Source: an uncultured Atribacterota bacterium (lineage in GTDB: Bacteria > Atribacterota > Phoenicimicrobiia > Phoenicimicrobiales > Stramentimicrobiaceae). Taken from it: a stretch of DNA of 64,000 bases. Positions within the stretch are counted from its first letter, which is position 1, and each line of letters starts with the position of its first letter. The DNA lies in NCBI GenBank assembly GCA_964433555.1, contig CAYSRG010000003.1, positions 80,954-144,953 of the forward strand, in the 5' to 3' direction. The position numbers were made by a program, and so were the translations under genes. The notes under the pieces were generated by a model. It saw only the letters and a list, made by a program, of their open reading frames with translations, did not search any database and had not been told where the DNA came from. This document shows positions 49,030 through 58,695 of this stretch, one piece after another.

Positions 49030-50268
49030 CTATGGTGTCTCATCAGGTTGATAGGAAAAATTTTCTAAAATAGTAATAACCTGTTGCAAGAAACGTGCAG
49101 CGGGTGCTCCATCAACAACTCTATGGTCAAAGGTAAGAGAAAGACCAATATAAGGTGAAAATTCAATAACATTGGTTTTCTTAATTGGTCGTAGTTGGGG
49201 ACACCCGATACCAATAATTCCTGTCTGTGGGGCATTAAGAATTGGAGTAAAGTATTCAACTCCTAGATTTCCTAAATTAGTAACTGTAAATGTGCCTCCT
49301 TCCAGATCTTCAGGTTGAATACTTTTATCTATACATTGCTGTGTCAATTGTTGTACTTTCCGAGCAAATTGCAACAGAGAATATTGCTCTGCTTGATGAA
49401 GAACGGGTGCTTTCAATCCTTCAGCAGTATCTACAGCAAAACCCAGATGAACTTCTTTAAACTGGATTATCATCCTTTCCTGAGCATAACTATTTATAGC
49501 AGGATTATTCTTCAATGCTTTAATAATTCCAAACATAATAAGATGATTAATATTGATATCTGGATAGGATAATGTTTCTTTTGTTTCTTTTAATTGAGCG
49601 CGATATTCCATTACCCTTTTTGCTAAAAAGGAAGAATGTAGGGTTAGTTGAGCAGAATTCTGGATGGAAAATAACATCCTCTCGGCAATAATTTTACGAA
49701 TTCCTTTCATAGGAATTTTCTGATATGATTCAGATTTTATTTTCTTTTCGGAAGTGGATATTGTCAGATGCCCCATCGTTTGAATTGTCTCTTGCACATC
49801 TCGCTCAATTATCCTCCCCTCCGGGCCACTTCCTTTGATAGTAGAGATATCTAAATTCTTAGTTATGGCTAAGGTATGGGCTCTGGGAGAAATCTTGATA
49901 TGTATATGTTGATCAATATCACCTTTACCTTCCAATTGATCCAGAGTGGTTTTTCCAACAGCAGTCTCAGATTTTAGGGATACTTCTTTTTTGGTCTTTT
50001 CTTTTTTTAAGAGATGTTGGTATTCTTCTCCTGGTTTCCCGATAACAGCAATAGTCTCCATTACCGGTACTTCCTCGCCTTCTTTATGTAATATCTTTAA
50101 CAAAATACCTGTGGCTGGAGATTCAATTTCGAAAACTGCTTTATTAGTTTCAACTGCACAGATAATTTCTCCTTTTTCTACTCCTTCTCCCTCTTTCTTT
50201 TTCCACTCCTGTATTAGACAGCTTTCATCGGAAAGTCCCTTTTGTGGGACAATCACCCTGGTTACCAT
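49030..50268 (-). CDS. dihydrolipoamide acyltransferase (E2)
   Basis: lipoyl domain VETNKA, subunit-binding SPRA...GSGPEGRI, catalytic GGTFTVTNLG and DHRVVDG. Confidence 0.93.
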   Translation of the reverse strand: MVTRVIVPQKGLSDESCLIQEWKKKEGEGVEKGEIICAVETNKAVFEIESPATGILLKILHKEGEEVPVMETIAVIGKPGEEYQHLLKKEKTKKEVSLKSETAVGKTTLDQLEGKGDIDQHIHIKISPRAHTLAITKNLDISTIKGSGPEGRIIERDVQETIQTMGHLTISTSEKKIKSESYQKIPMKGIRKIIAERMLFSIQNSAQLTLHSSFLAKRVMEYRAQLKETKETLSYPDININHLIMFGIIKALKNNPAINSYAQERMIIQFKEVHLGFAVDTAEGLKAPVLHQAEQYSLLQFARKVQQLTQQCIDKSIQPEDLEGGTFTVTNLGNLGVEYFTPILNAPQTGIIGIGCPQLRPIKKTNVIEFSPYIGLSLTFDHRVVDGAPAARFLQQVITILENFSYQPDETP

Positions 50269-50405
50269 AACTCGCCACCCCCTATTGTTTTTAGGTGCAA
50301 GTCAAACAAATATAGCTTGTTTACTAATCTAAGTTTAATTATATCATTATTATATGGTTTTTGGTTTACAGTTTTAGTTTAATTCCATGCAGGTATAGAA
50401 AAGGT

Positions 50406-50693
50406 AGATTTATTTACTCCCTATGTTCGTTGGCAATGACAATTTAGTCGTTAGTCGAAAGTATCTAGTCGTTAGTAGATGGTAGGTTATTATTGGTTTT
50501 CAGTTAAGACCATTAGATTTGGATTTTTAAATGATAATTCTTAATACTTAATAATGACTTATTACCCATTACTATATATTCTTCACGTTATACTGTATAT
50601 ATTACATGATATAGGCAATACACATTACATATAACTAAAGTGTCATTGCGACCTGACCCTTAACTAGTGTTAAGAGCAAGTGTGGCAATCTCA
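50406..50693. repeat. inverted pair of REP-like elements with heptamer tandem repeats
   Basis: AGATT...GGCAATGACA (50406-50441) and TGTCATTGCG...TGGCAATCTCA (50641-50693); TTAGTCG repeats inside, TATACNN repeats just outside. Confidence 0.6.
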
Positions 50694-50756
50694 TTCACTT
50701 ATTCCCATATAAATGCTATACCATATACGCTATACTTTATACGGTATATTATATAC

Positions 50757-52544
50757 TTACTTATAAAGTGGTCCAAAATTCCGACAGGCTCGAAAATCGG
50801 CATTTTCTAAATTATCTGTACCAAAGGCGCTCCAGGTTTTGGGTCTGAAAATATTCTCTTCGGATACATTATGCATAGCAACTGGAATCCGTAATAAAGA
50901 AGCTAGGGTAATTAAATCCTTCCCAATATGCCCATAACTTACTGCTCCATGATTGGCACCCCAATAATTCATTACAGAATAAACATCTTGAAAAGCTCCC
51001 TTTCCTGTAATTATGGGAGCAAACCAGGTAGTAGGCCAGGTGGGATCAGTCCTCTCTGTTAAAACATAGCTAACATCATCAGGTAACTCAACCGTATATC
51101 CTTCAGCAATTTGGAGTACAGGACCCAATCCTTTTATGAGATTAATACGAGACATGGTTACTGGCATTTCACCGCGAGTCCAGAAAGTGGAAGAATAACC
51201 CCCTCCCCTAAAATATTCTAAGTTGGCTGGACTCCAGTGAGTATTTTCCAGACATGCCTTGACATCTTGTTCATTTATTTCCCAGAATTGCTTCATAACT
51301 GAGTGTCCATTTTCTTTCTGCTGACCGGTAGCATCAAGGGTAGTAGCACCAGAATTAAGCAAGTGGATAACACCATTTTTTGCTCTTCCGCTTAATTCTC
51401 TTCCGGTAACCCTTTTCACAGACTCAGGGCTCCAGAAGGTGCGCACATCTGAAAACATCTGTGCCCGATTGCTCAGCAGATGATTCCATAACATAGCAAT
51501 TCCATTCAGACAATCATTTTCTGTAGCAAATATGAATGGTTCCCGAATACCATTCCAGTCAAAAGAAGTATTAAGTATGGTCTCGGTGAAATCTCCATTG
51601 GGAAAATGGTCAGTCCATTGTCTTTGTCCCTGAAATCCAGCGGCAATAGCATTATGTCCTTCGGATTCTTCCTGATAATCCATCTCTGCTAACTTTTTAT
51701 TACCGATCATTAAATCTCGAGCAATTATGGTCATCTTAACTACTGTTTCCCATTCTTTTTCTTTTTGTTGCCAGGAGTGCCTTATCTTCTCCTTATTTCT
51801 ATCTTCACCTTCCCGGCAATTTTCTTTTACCCAAGCCAGCGCTTTTTGATATTCCTCCTGATCATAGATTCCCTCGTTCATCCTGCGTATAAATTCTGAC
51901 ATATCTACAAATTCAGTACGCATTCCCAGATAATCTTTTAAAAATTCTGGATTTATGACTGAACCAGCAATACCCATAGATACACTGCCTAAAGAAAGGT
52001 AAGACTTCCCCTTCATTATTGCCACCGCTAAGCCTGCTTTGACAAATTGCAATATCTTTCCTTTTACATCTTCTGGAATGGTTTCATCATTAGCATCCAT
52101 TACTTCCTTTCCATAAATACCAAAGGCTGGTAATCCCAACTGATCATGGCCAGCTAACGCTGCAGCTAAATAGACAGCACCAGGTCTTTCAGTTCCATTA
52201 AATCCCCAAATAGCCTTCGGTAAATAGGGATCCATATCAATGGTTTCCATCCCATAACACCAGCAAGGAGTAACACTAAGAGATACCCCTATATTGGAAT
52301 GAGCAAATTTATCCGCACATTTTGCTGCTTCTGCCACTCCACCAATAGTAGTATCAGCAATAACACATTCTACCGGCAAACCATTAGGATGACGCAAATG
52401 TGAACTTATTAAGTTAGCAGCTCTTTCCGCCATTTTCATAGTCTGCTCTTCTAAAGACTCACGTACCCCCCTTCTTCTTCCATCTATAATTGGCCTTATC
52501 CCTACTCTGGGAAGTGTACCAATTAGTCTGTTTTTAAAACCCAT
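50757..52544 (-). CDS. fucI: L-fucose isomerase
   Basis: [63 protein letters not shown]. Confidence 0.97.
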   Translation of the reverse strand: MGFKNRLIGTLPRVGIRPIIDGRRRGVRESLEEQTMKMAERAANLISSHLRHPNGLPVECVIADTTIGGVAEAAKCADKFAHSNIGVSLSVTPCWCYGMETIDMDPYLPKAIWGFNGTERPGAVYLAAALAGHDQLGLPAFGIYGKEVMDANDETIPEDVKGKILQFVKAGLAVAIMKGKSYLSLGSVSMGIAGSVINPEFLKDYLGMRTEFVDMSEFIRRMNEGIYDQEEYQKALAWVKENCREGEDRNKEKIRHSWQQKEKEWETVVKMTIIARDLMIGNKKLAEMDYQEESEGHNAIAAGFQGQRQWTDHFPNGDFTETILNTSFDWNGIREPFIFATENDCLNGIAMLWNHLLSNRAQMFSDVRTFWSPESVKRVTGRELSGRAKNGVIHLLNSGATTLDATGQQKENGHSVMKQFWEINEQDVKACLENTHWSPANLEYFRGGGYSSTFWTRGEMPVTMSRINLIKGLGPVLQIAEGYTVELPDDVSYVLTERTDPTWPTTWFAPIITGKGAFQDVYSVMNYWGANHGAVSYGHIGKDLITLASLLRIPVAMHNVSEENIFRPKTWSAFGTDNLENADFRACRNFGPLYK

Positions 52545-52671
52545 TTTTTGACTCCTCTCTATCTAATAATTGCAGTATAAACTTTTTTAATCATACTAAC
52601 CAGTAAGAGGGTGTTCTGTTAGTTCAGTAGTAATGACACAACAAAATAAAAATACTCTATAACTACATATA

Positions 52672-53091
52672 TTAAGAAATAACACCCTTCTTTAAAATAA
52701 TATTGGCATATAGCGACCTTTCTCCGGTTGCCACAATAGCATAACCTTGAGCAGCTCTTTGATAAAATTGGAATCTTTCCAGAGTTTTAATACTATAATT
52801 TTCTTTAGATGCCTTAAAAATATTTTCGTAACACTGCCATATCTGGGGTTTGGCTTCCTTACCAGTATCCATATAAAATACATTATGAGCTTCATATTGA
52901 TCCAGGGGTAGAAAAAGTAAAATTGCCTCTAACAACTCTGGAATACCGTGACCATCGGCTCTTACGCTCAAGGTGCCAGCAGACTCCACCGGATAATTTG
53001 CATCCGCCAGTACAATCTCATCCCCATGTCCCATCTCCATTAACACCATCATTAACTCCGGAGAAATAATCGCTGGAATATTCTTCAACAT
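52672..53091 (-). CDS. fucU: L-fucose mutarotase (RbsD/FucU family)
   Basis: MLKNIP.IISPEL...L.EMGHGDEIV.ADANYP, ERF.FY, TGE..LYANIILKKGV; start at ATG 53091 with AGGAGAG RBS. Confidence 0.93.
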   Translation of the reverse strand: MLKNIPAIISPELMMVLMEMGHGDEIVLADANYPVESAGTLSVRADGHGIPELLEAILLFLPLDQYEAHNVFYMDTGKEAKPQIWQCYENIFKASKENYSIKTLERFQFYQRAAQGYAIVATGERSLYANIILKKGVIS

Positions 53092-53695
53092 AATTACTCT
53101 CCTTTCTATACAGTCTATATTTAAACCAAAACAAGGTAATAATATTTGACCACAAGGATTGTGAATAATTCTTTGCACTTTATTTTTATTATGAATCAGT
53201 TATTCTTAACTACTAAAATGTATCTTTTACCTTATTTTATTCACATAGCTTTTATATTATTTTATCATTAAAATCTATAAATATCATAACGTGATACAAT
53301 TTGTTAGGCATGAATCTGTTTTCCCTTTTTTTGTTTTATAAATGATATAAATTCCTATTCTTTAAAAAAACAAAACTCCAGTATAATAATGCTCCAAGTA
53401 AACACAAATAGCCTGGTATATTATAATTTATACAAGCATACCGCCGTAATTGGTCATAAATACTGTCTAAGCAAGCTGTGCTATTGGTAAAGCAAACACT
53501 TCTTTCCCTTTTTCTGGTAAAGTCTTGATAGACTAATGACTGAATAAAAATAACAATCATTATAATCATAGCTATTTAAGATATTATAAAAATAAAGTAA
53601 GTCTTTTCTTTATTTATCGGGTCCTTGGTCCTCTATTTTTAATGCGTGAGGTTCCCCTTTACAATAAAGGTATGTCGCTTCTTCTTTTCTTGATA

Positions 53696-54922
53696 TTATT
53701 CCAAAAGATTTTTATATATCCTACCATTCTTCATTACCAGGCTTATATTTTTAAGCGCAGTAATGTTACTTAATGGATCTCCCTTTACAGAGATAAGATC
53801 AGCGAACTTACCTTTCTCTAACGTTCCGATCAAATCTTCCATACCAAGAAGTTCTGCGCTATTCTTAGTAACTGCCATAAGAGCTTCTAAATTTGAGGCA
53901 CCAAGGTCAACAAGATATTTAGCCTCTTTCCATAAAAAAGTATGTACTGAATCAACTGCCAGGCAAAATTTTACACCAGCCTTAATTCCCTGTGACATAT
54001 ACTTCTTTGTTAATTTTGCAGATTCTATCACTTTGTTTCTCCACCAATCTTTTTTATAGTCTTCTCCCGCCTGAAATCCAGTTTTTTCATCAAAAAACAA
54101 CTGTAAATTGGGATCACTAAGCCTTGTTCCATACTTAATAAAGTATTCGATATCCTGTTCCTCAAGCATATTTGCATGCTCTATACTATCAATACCGGCT
54201 TCCATAGCCCATCGCATAGCTGGCCCACCGATTGCATGCCCGGCAACTTTCATTCCAAGATCATGCGCTTGACCAATTGCCGCAAATAATTCCTCCCGGG
54301 TGTAGGCAGGCATCTGAGTCAGATCACCTCTACGGTAGTCCTCGCGAGTATTGCCGTGAGATACATTCGTTACAAATAACTTAACCACATCAGCACCCAT
54401 TGAAAAATTTTGTCTAATCATTTTTCTGAGCTCTTCTGGACCATCTGCCGGGGCAGCAAGAAAATATGCTGTACCATGGCTCGGACGTAATGGACGAATT
54501 GATATTACCAAGCGTGGACCTGGAATTTCCCCAGTGTTTATGGCATCTCTAAATCTTAATTCGAGATCTCCTGCAGCACCCAACGTGCGCATCGTTGTTA
54601 CGCCAGACGTTAAATCATGCTGCAAGTTAACACAACCTCCTAAAATAGCTGTGGTAAGATCAGAAGGAGGTTGTTCCTTTAACAAGGTCTTGAATTCTGG
54701 ACAATATTGACTATTCATTGTAATATGACAATGAGAATCAATTAAACCTGGCAGTACAGTTTCTTCCGTACAATCAATTACTTGACAATTCTGAGGAATA
54801 ATGACAGATTCTAAAGTTCCCACTTCTATAATCCGATCACCTTGTATCATTACTACTCCTTTCGGAATAGGAGGCTTTTCCGGATCTATAATAAGCTGCT
54901 TGCTTTTAATAGCTGTTTTCAT
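53696..54922 (-). CDS. amidohydrolase-family (Xaa-Pro dipeptidase-like) metallohydrolase
   Basis: PGLIDSHCH, GVTTMR, GADVVK, AGHA, SIEH, G.LEKGKFADL. Confidence 0.88.
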   Translation of the reverse strand: MKTAIKSKQLIIDPEKPPIPKGVVMIQGDRIIEVGTLESVIIPQNCQVIDCTEETVLPGLIDSHCHITMNSQYCPEFKTLLKEQPPSDLTTAILGGCVNLQHDLTSGVTTMRTLGAAGDLELRFRDAINTGEIPGPRLVISIRPLRPSHGTAYFLAAPADGPEELRKMIRQNFSMGADVVKLFVTNVSHGNTREDYRRGDLTQMPAYTREELFAAIGQAHDLGMKVAGHAIGGPAMRWAMEAGIDSIEHANMLEEQDIEYFIKYGTRLSDPNLQLFFDEKTGFQAGEDYKKDWWRNKVIESAKLTKKYMSQGIKAGVKFCLAVDSVHTFLWKEAKYLVDLGASNLEALMAVTKNSAELLGMEDLIGTLEKGKFADLISVKGDPLSNITALKNISLVMKNGRIYKNLLE

Positions 54923-55111
54923 GACAAACTATCTCCTTTATATTATTTATATTATTTTCGCCTATAGACCTTTTAAAAATTTAATTTTGAATCATTCCGT
55001 TATAATATCGACTCACATAATTCTAAATCATTTCAATCAGTATTTTGTTTCTCATTATTTTTTAAATAATAGCTTAAAATATTAAGATTAAAGATACTGC
55101 TCCCTTCATTA

Positions 55112-56293
55112 TCATTCAAATGTACCGAATTTAATGACTTTTTCATCTTCCATCAATACTTTTCCTTTAGCCACAACATGTTTAATTTGTAATGAATCCT
55201 GATCAAGAACCAATAAATCTGCATCTTTACCTTCCCTGATTTCTCCCTTATGTTCGAACTTTAGATGTTCAGCAATATTTGTAGAAGTAACCCTGATAGC
55301 ATTTTCTATCGATAGTCTTTCTTGCTGAATCAGGTCTCTGAATTCTTGATGCAGTGAAGAAAGAGAGGAAACGGACATACCGATCAATTCTTTATGTTCA
55401 TTCCAACGGGGAATACTGCCGTTTCCATCAGAACTCATTGTAATTCTATTTATGGATACTCCTTCTTCTATCAACCTTTTTACTGCTCTAGAGGCTTTTA
55501 TTTTCCCCGTTGATTGAGGTCCGGCAGATGCTCCAGTTGTTAAATCGACATAACCTCCCATCTTTCCGAAGGCAATATCATTTTTGAATGATTCCTCATT
55601 TTTTGCCAGGTGAGTTGGAGCAAATTGCCCTATGGGTATATCCGTCTTGTTTATAATCTCAAAAAGATAACCCAAACCTTGTTTTTCGCTTCCCATGTGT
55701 ATGTGAACTACTCCTGCCTTCCCAGCTAATATACCAGCTATTCTTGACTCAGAAACCACCCTGATAAATTCCTCTATTGTAGGATGAGAGGCTCTATGAT
55801 CTGATACGGCAATTTTTAAACCAATAACTTTATCAACGAACAATAAGTCAGATGTAATACTCCCGGTAATTGTTGGAGAAGGATATTGGTATGCACCAGT
55901 ATAGATCCAGGTACTGATACCCTCTTGCTCCAATTCTTTGGCCTTCATAAAAAGAGATTTTAGCGAACGCGCTATTCCGTCTGTTCCTAACAAACCAACA
56001 ACCGCAGTAATGCCTGCTTTCACAAATTCACTGAATTGGGTTGGAGGAGTTCGGTATTGAGGCCCGCCCTCTCCACCACCTCCATCAAGGTGAACATGCT
56101 GATCAATATGCCCTGGAATAATGATACATTTTGAAGCATCCAATATTTTTAAATACCCGTTTATCATATCAAAAACTGTTAAATCAATATCCTGACCAAT
56201 AGAGAAAACTTTCTCATGAATGATCAGGATATCTTTCATCCCTTTATAGTCCGGAGAATATATATGACCACTTTTTATCAATAATAGACTCAT
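55112..56293 (-). CDS. iadA: isoaspartyl dipeptidase (beta-aspartyl peptidase)
   Basis: DQHVH..GGGGEGG, GLLGTDG, K.A.SDHR, H.HMG, PTH, SSDGNGS. Confidence 0.93.
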   Translation of the reverse strand: MSLLLIKSGHIYSPDYKGMKDILIIHEKVFSIGQDIDLTVFDMINGYLKILDASKCIIIPGHIDQHVHLDGGGGEGGPQYRTPPTQFSEFVKAGITAVVGLLGTDGIARSLKSLFMKAKELEQEGISTWIYTGAYQYPSPTITGSITSDLLFVDKVIGLKIAVSDHRASHPTIEEFIRVVSESRIAGILAGKAGVVHIHMGSEKQGLGYLFEIINKTDIPIGQFAPTHLAKNEESFKNDIAFGKMGGYVDLTTGASAGPQSTGKIKASRAVKRLIEEGVSINRITMSSDGNGSIPRWNEHKELIGMSVSSLSSLHQEFRDLIQQERLSIENAIRVTSTNIAEHLKFEHKGEIREGKDADLLVLDQDSLQIKHVVAKGKVLMEDEKVIKFGTFE

Positions 56294-56374
56294 ACTTCTG
56301 TACCTTTCACAAACTCTTGTTTAGTCAGACTTTTTTTAATTGAAAGCATATCCCTCTTTCCATTATGGAAAATA

Positions 56375-57193
56375 TCAGATACTCCTTCCAACCAAGTTAC
56401 TGAATGAAAACAATCGAAGCACCTCAAAATAATTTTCGGATTCAAAAACAACATTCGTTGCAGAAATTTGCCTTACCCCGGGATAGAAAGATATTCTGAA
56501 AGAATGTGCATGATTTTTAAATGATAATTCTACTTTAAAGTATTTGGGCAAATCTATTTGACACTTATTAAGATCACTTCTTAATGCCAATTCCACTCCT
56601 TCTTTAATCTCCTTAACAGATCGTTGTGGATGGATACTGGTAACTGAATTTCCTCTCCCAGTATTTACAACAACAGTATGAATATTTTTATTCAGAGCAA
56701 GAGCTTCTTTGCAAATACCTTCATCGCCACTTAAAAAAACCAATGGCACACCAACAGTGGCAGCAGCATAGCTAAAAATGAAACATTCACTGGCTAACCT
56801 TTCATTGACTTTAATATAGTTGTAAGTTGCTGAACTCATAGTATGGGATAAAGGATTGGTATCTGATCCGCCACAAGAGTGATAGCCAATAAAAATTAAA
56901 GCATCAAAAGATTTGTCTAATTCCTGAACCATGGAAAAAGGGTGTCCACTCCATCCCCGTATCAAAGTTACGTTTGGTGGAAGCTTCTCAGCTATTATAT
57001 TTCTTCCACTCCCGTGAGCATCTTTAACATAAATAACCCGAGCTCCTCCCTTAGTGGCTCCTTCGCAGGCAGCATTTACCTCCTCAGTCATTCGTTTTCT
57101 ATAATCTTGATAATCAGGTTGTGTTTTGGTCGTTTCGTCCCGACTGGCAACACCGGTAATTCCTTCGATATCAGCACTAATATAGACTTTCAT
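56375..57193 (-). CDS. dppA: M55-family D-aminopeptidase
   Basis: YISADIEG, DAHG.GRN, GYHS, LSHT, LSGD. Confidence 0.92.
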   Translation of the reverse strand: MKVYISADIEGITGVASRDETTKTQPDYQDYRKRMTEEVNAACEGATKGGARVIYVKDAHGSGRNIIAEKLPPNVTLIRGWSGHPFSMVQELDKSFDALIFIGYHSCGGSDTNPLSHTMSSATYNYIKVNERLASECFIFSYAAATVGVPLVFLSGDEGICKEALALNKNIHTVVVNTGRGNSVTSIHPQRSVKEIKEGVELALRSDLNKCQIDLPKYFKVELSFKNHAHSFRISFYPGVRQISATNVVFESENYFEVLRLFSFSNLVGRSI

Positions 57194-57262
57194 ATAAGAC
57201 CTCTTTTAATCTCCTTAATGGTTGACTAATTTTTCAATATTTTTTAATGTTTGTTTATAAAC

Positions 57263-58456
57263 TCATTTTTCTGATTTCCAGGGAAGGATTTTGGAATGCA
57301 AATCCAGCATGTTATACTTTTCCAGAATTTTTTTTACCTTTTCAACATCGATTGCTTCACGTTTTCTCCCATCCAATCCGACTACAGTTACCGCTTTTAA
57401 AATAGCGTTATAAATAGCCTCTTCTGTCGCTTCCTGTATAGCTGTAAATAATGGATTCATTGCTTCATTAGATAATAATCTGAGCTCTTGTGTTATACAA
57501 TTTGGGATATCACATTTGCGATTAGTTGTGGAAAATGCAATAACAAAATCTCCACTTTTATGACTGGATATAGCTCCTGTCCGAGCCATACCTAATATAG
57601 CTCTTTTGGCTAATCTCTTTAAATTATGGGTACATAAAGGAGCATCTGTTGCCACTATGATCATACATGAACCATCTATATCGGTATAATAAGGAATGTC
57701 TTGACTAAAAGAAAAACAATTTAACTCTCTTCCTACAGGTGCACCATTAATGGTCAGTATGCCACCAAAATTTGTCTGAACAAGAATTCCGACCGTATAA
57801 AAACCATCTTTCTCGGGAAGGATTCTGGAAGAGGTACCAATACCGCCTTTCCAGCCAAAAGTAGAGGTACCCGTACCAGCACCAACTACTCCTTCATCAA
57901 CTGGACCTGAACAGGAATTCTTGATCGCCTTAAATAAATGGCTTCTTTTTACTGGCCTTGAGCGACTATCATTTAAAAAGCTCATATTAGTATCTCCAAC
58001 AACAGGATTAACAGAAGTAACTGCTTCATTTCCTGGCAACTTTAAGATATATTCAACAATGCTATCAGCTACTACTGGCACATTGCAGGTATCAGTTAAT
58101 GCAATAGGAGTTTCAATGTTTCCCACCTCTTCAATCTGACCTATACCTGTCATTTTCCCAAAACCGTTGTAAATGTAAACCGCTGCTTCAACCTTATTTT
58201 GGAAGAGATTTCCTTCATGAGGAATTACCACTGTAACTCCACTTCTAATTTTTCTTCCTTTCCAGACAGTTTCATGCCCAACCAAAACTCCTTTTACGTC
58301 CGTAATTGCATTCCATTGACCTGGTTTATAAATTCCTACCTCAATTCCAATATCACGTGCCCTGGGTCTTCTATTAGTTGCTAATATTATTTTTTGAGGA
58401 CGTGATTGAGTATTCTTTTTTGAAATTTGTACAGATACTTTTTTCTCCTGAAACAT
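57263..58456 (-). CDS. dmpA: P1/S58-family DmpA-like L-aminopeptidase/D-esterase (beta-peptidase-like)
   Basis: NAITDV.GV.VGH, NGFGK, GAGTG...GWKGGIGTSSR, VQTNFG, autoprocessing site DGSCM, SGDF.IAFST. Confidence 0.9.
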   Translation of the reverse strand: MFQEKKVSVQISKKNTQSRPQKIILATNRRPRARDIGIEVGIYKPGQWNAITDVKGVLVGHETVWKGRKIRSGVTVVIPHEGNLFQNKVEAAVYIYNGFGKMTGIGQIEEVGNIETPIALTDTCNVPVVADSIVEYILKLPGNEAVTSVNPVVGDTNMSFLNDSRSRPVKRSHLFKAIKNSCSGPVDEGVVGAGTGTSTFGWKGGIGTSSRILPEKDGFYTVGILVQTNFGGILTINGAPVGRELNCFSFSQDIPYYTDIDGSCMIIVATDAPLCTHNLKRLAKRAILGMARTGAISSHKSGDFVIAFSTTNRKCDIPNCITQELRLLSNEAMNPLFTAIQEATEEAIYNAILKAVTVVGLDGRKREAIDVEKVKKILEKYNMLDLHSKILPWKSEK

Positions 58457-58695
58457 TATTTTTAGTCCCTCTAAAATTAATTTACCTGATATGGAGTAAA
58501 ACTTTTTGTTAATAAAAACAAATTTGTCTCATAATAACTATATTAAAACAGCACAGCTAAAACCTTTCCTATAAAATATGTTTGAATAATTACCCTTTTA
58601 AATTCAGTATCATTTTATTAATAATAAGCTATTTCTTTCATTATTCTTTTATTTTCATGTATTTCCATGTCAAATGCAGAAGACCATAGCTTAAA

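Noticed and set aside
46510-50268. housekeeping pyruvate dehydrogenase
   Set aside because: Fused, insertion-bearing E1, no E3 and sugar-catabolic context; substrate cannot be assigned from motifs
53610-53690. possible riboswitch (AAAGGGGAACC on minus strand)
   Set aside because: Lacks the other conserved elements of lysine, cobalamin or c-di-nucleotide riboswitches
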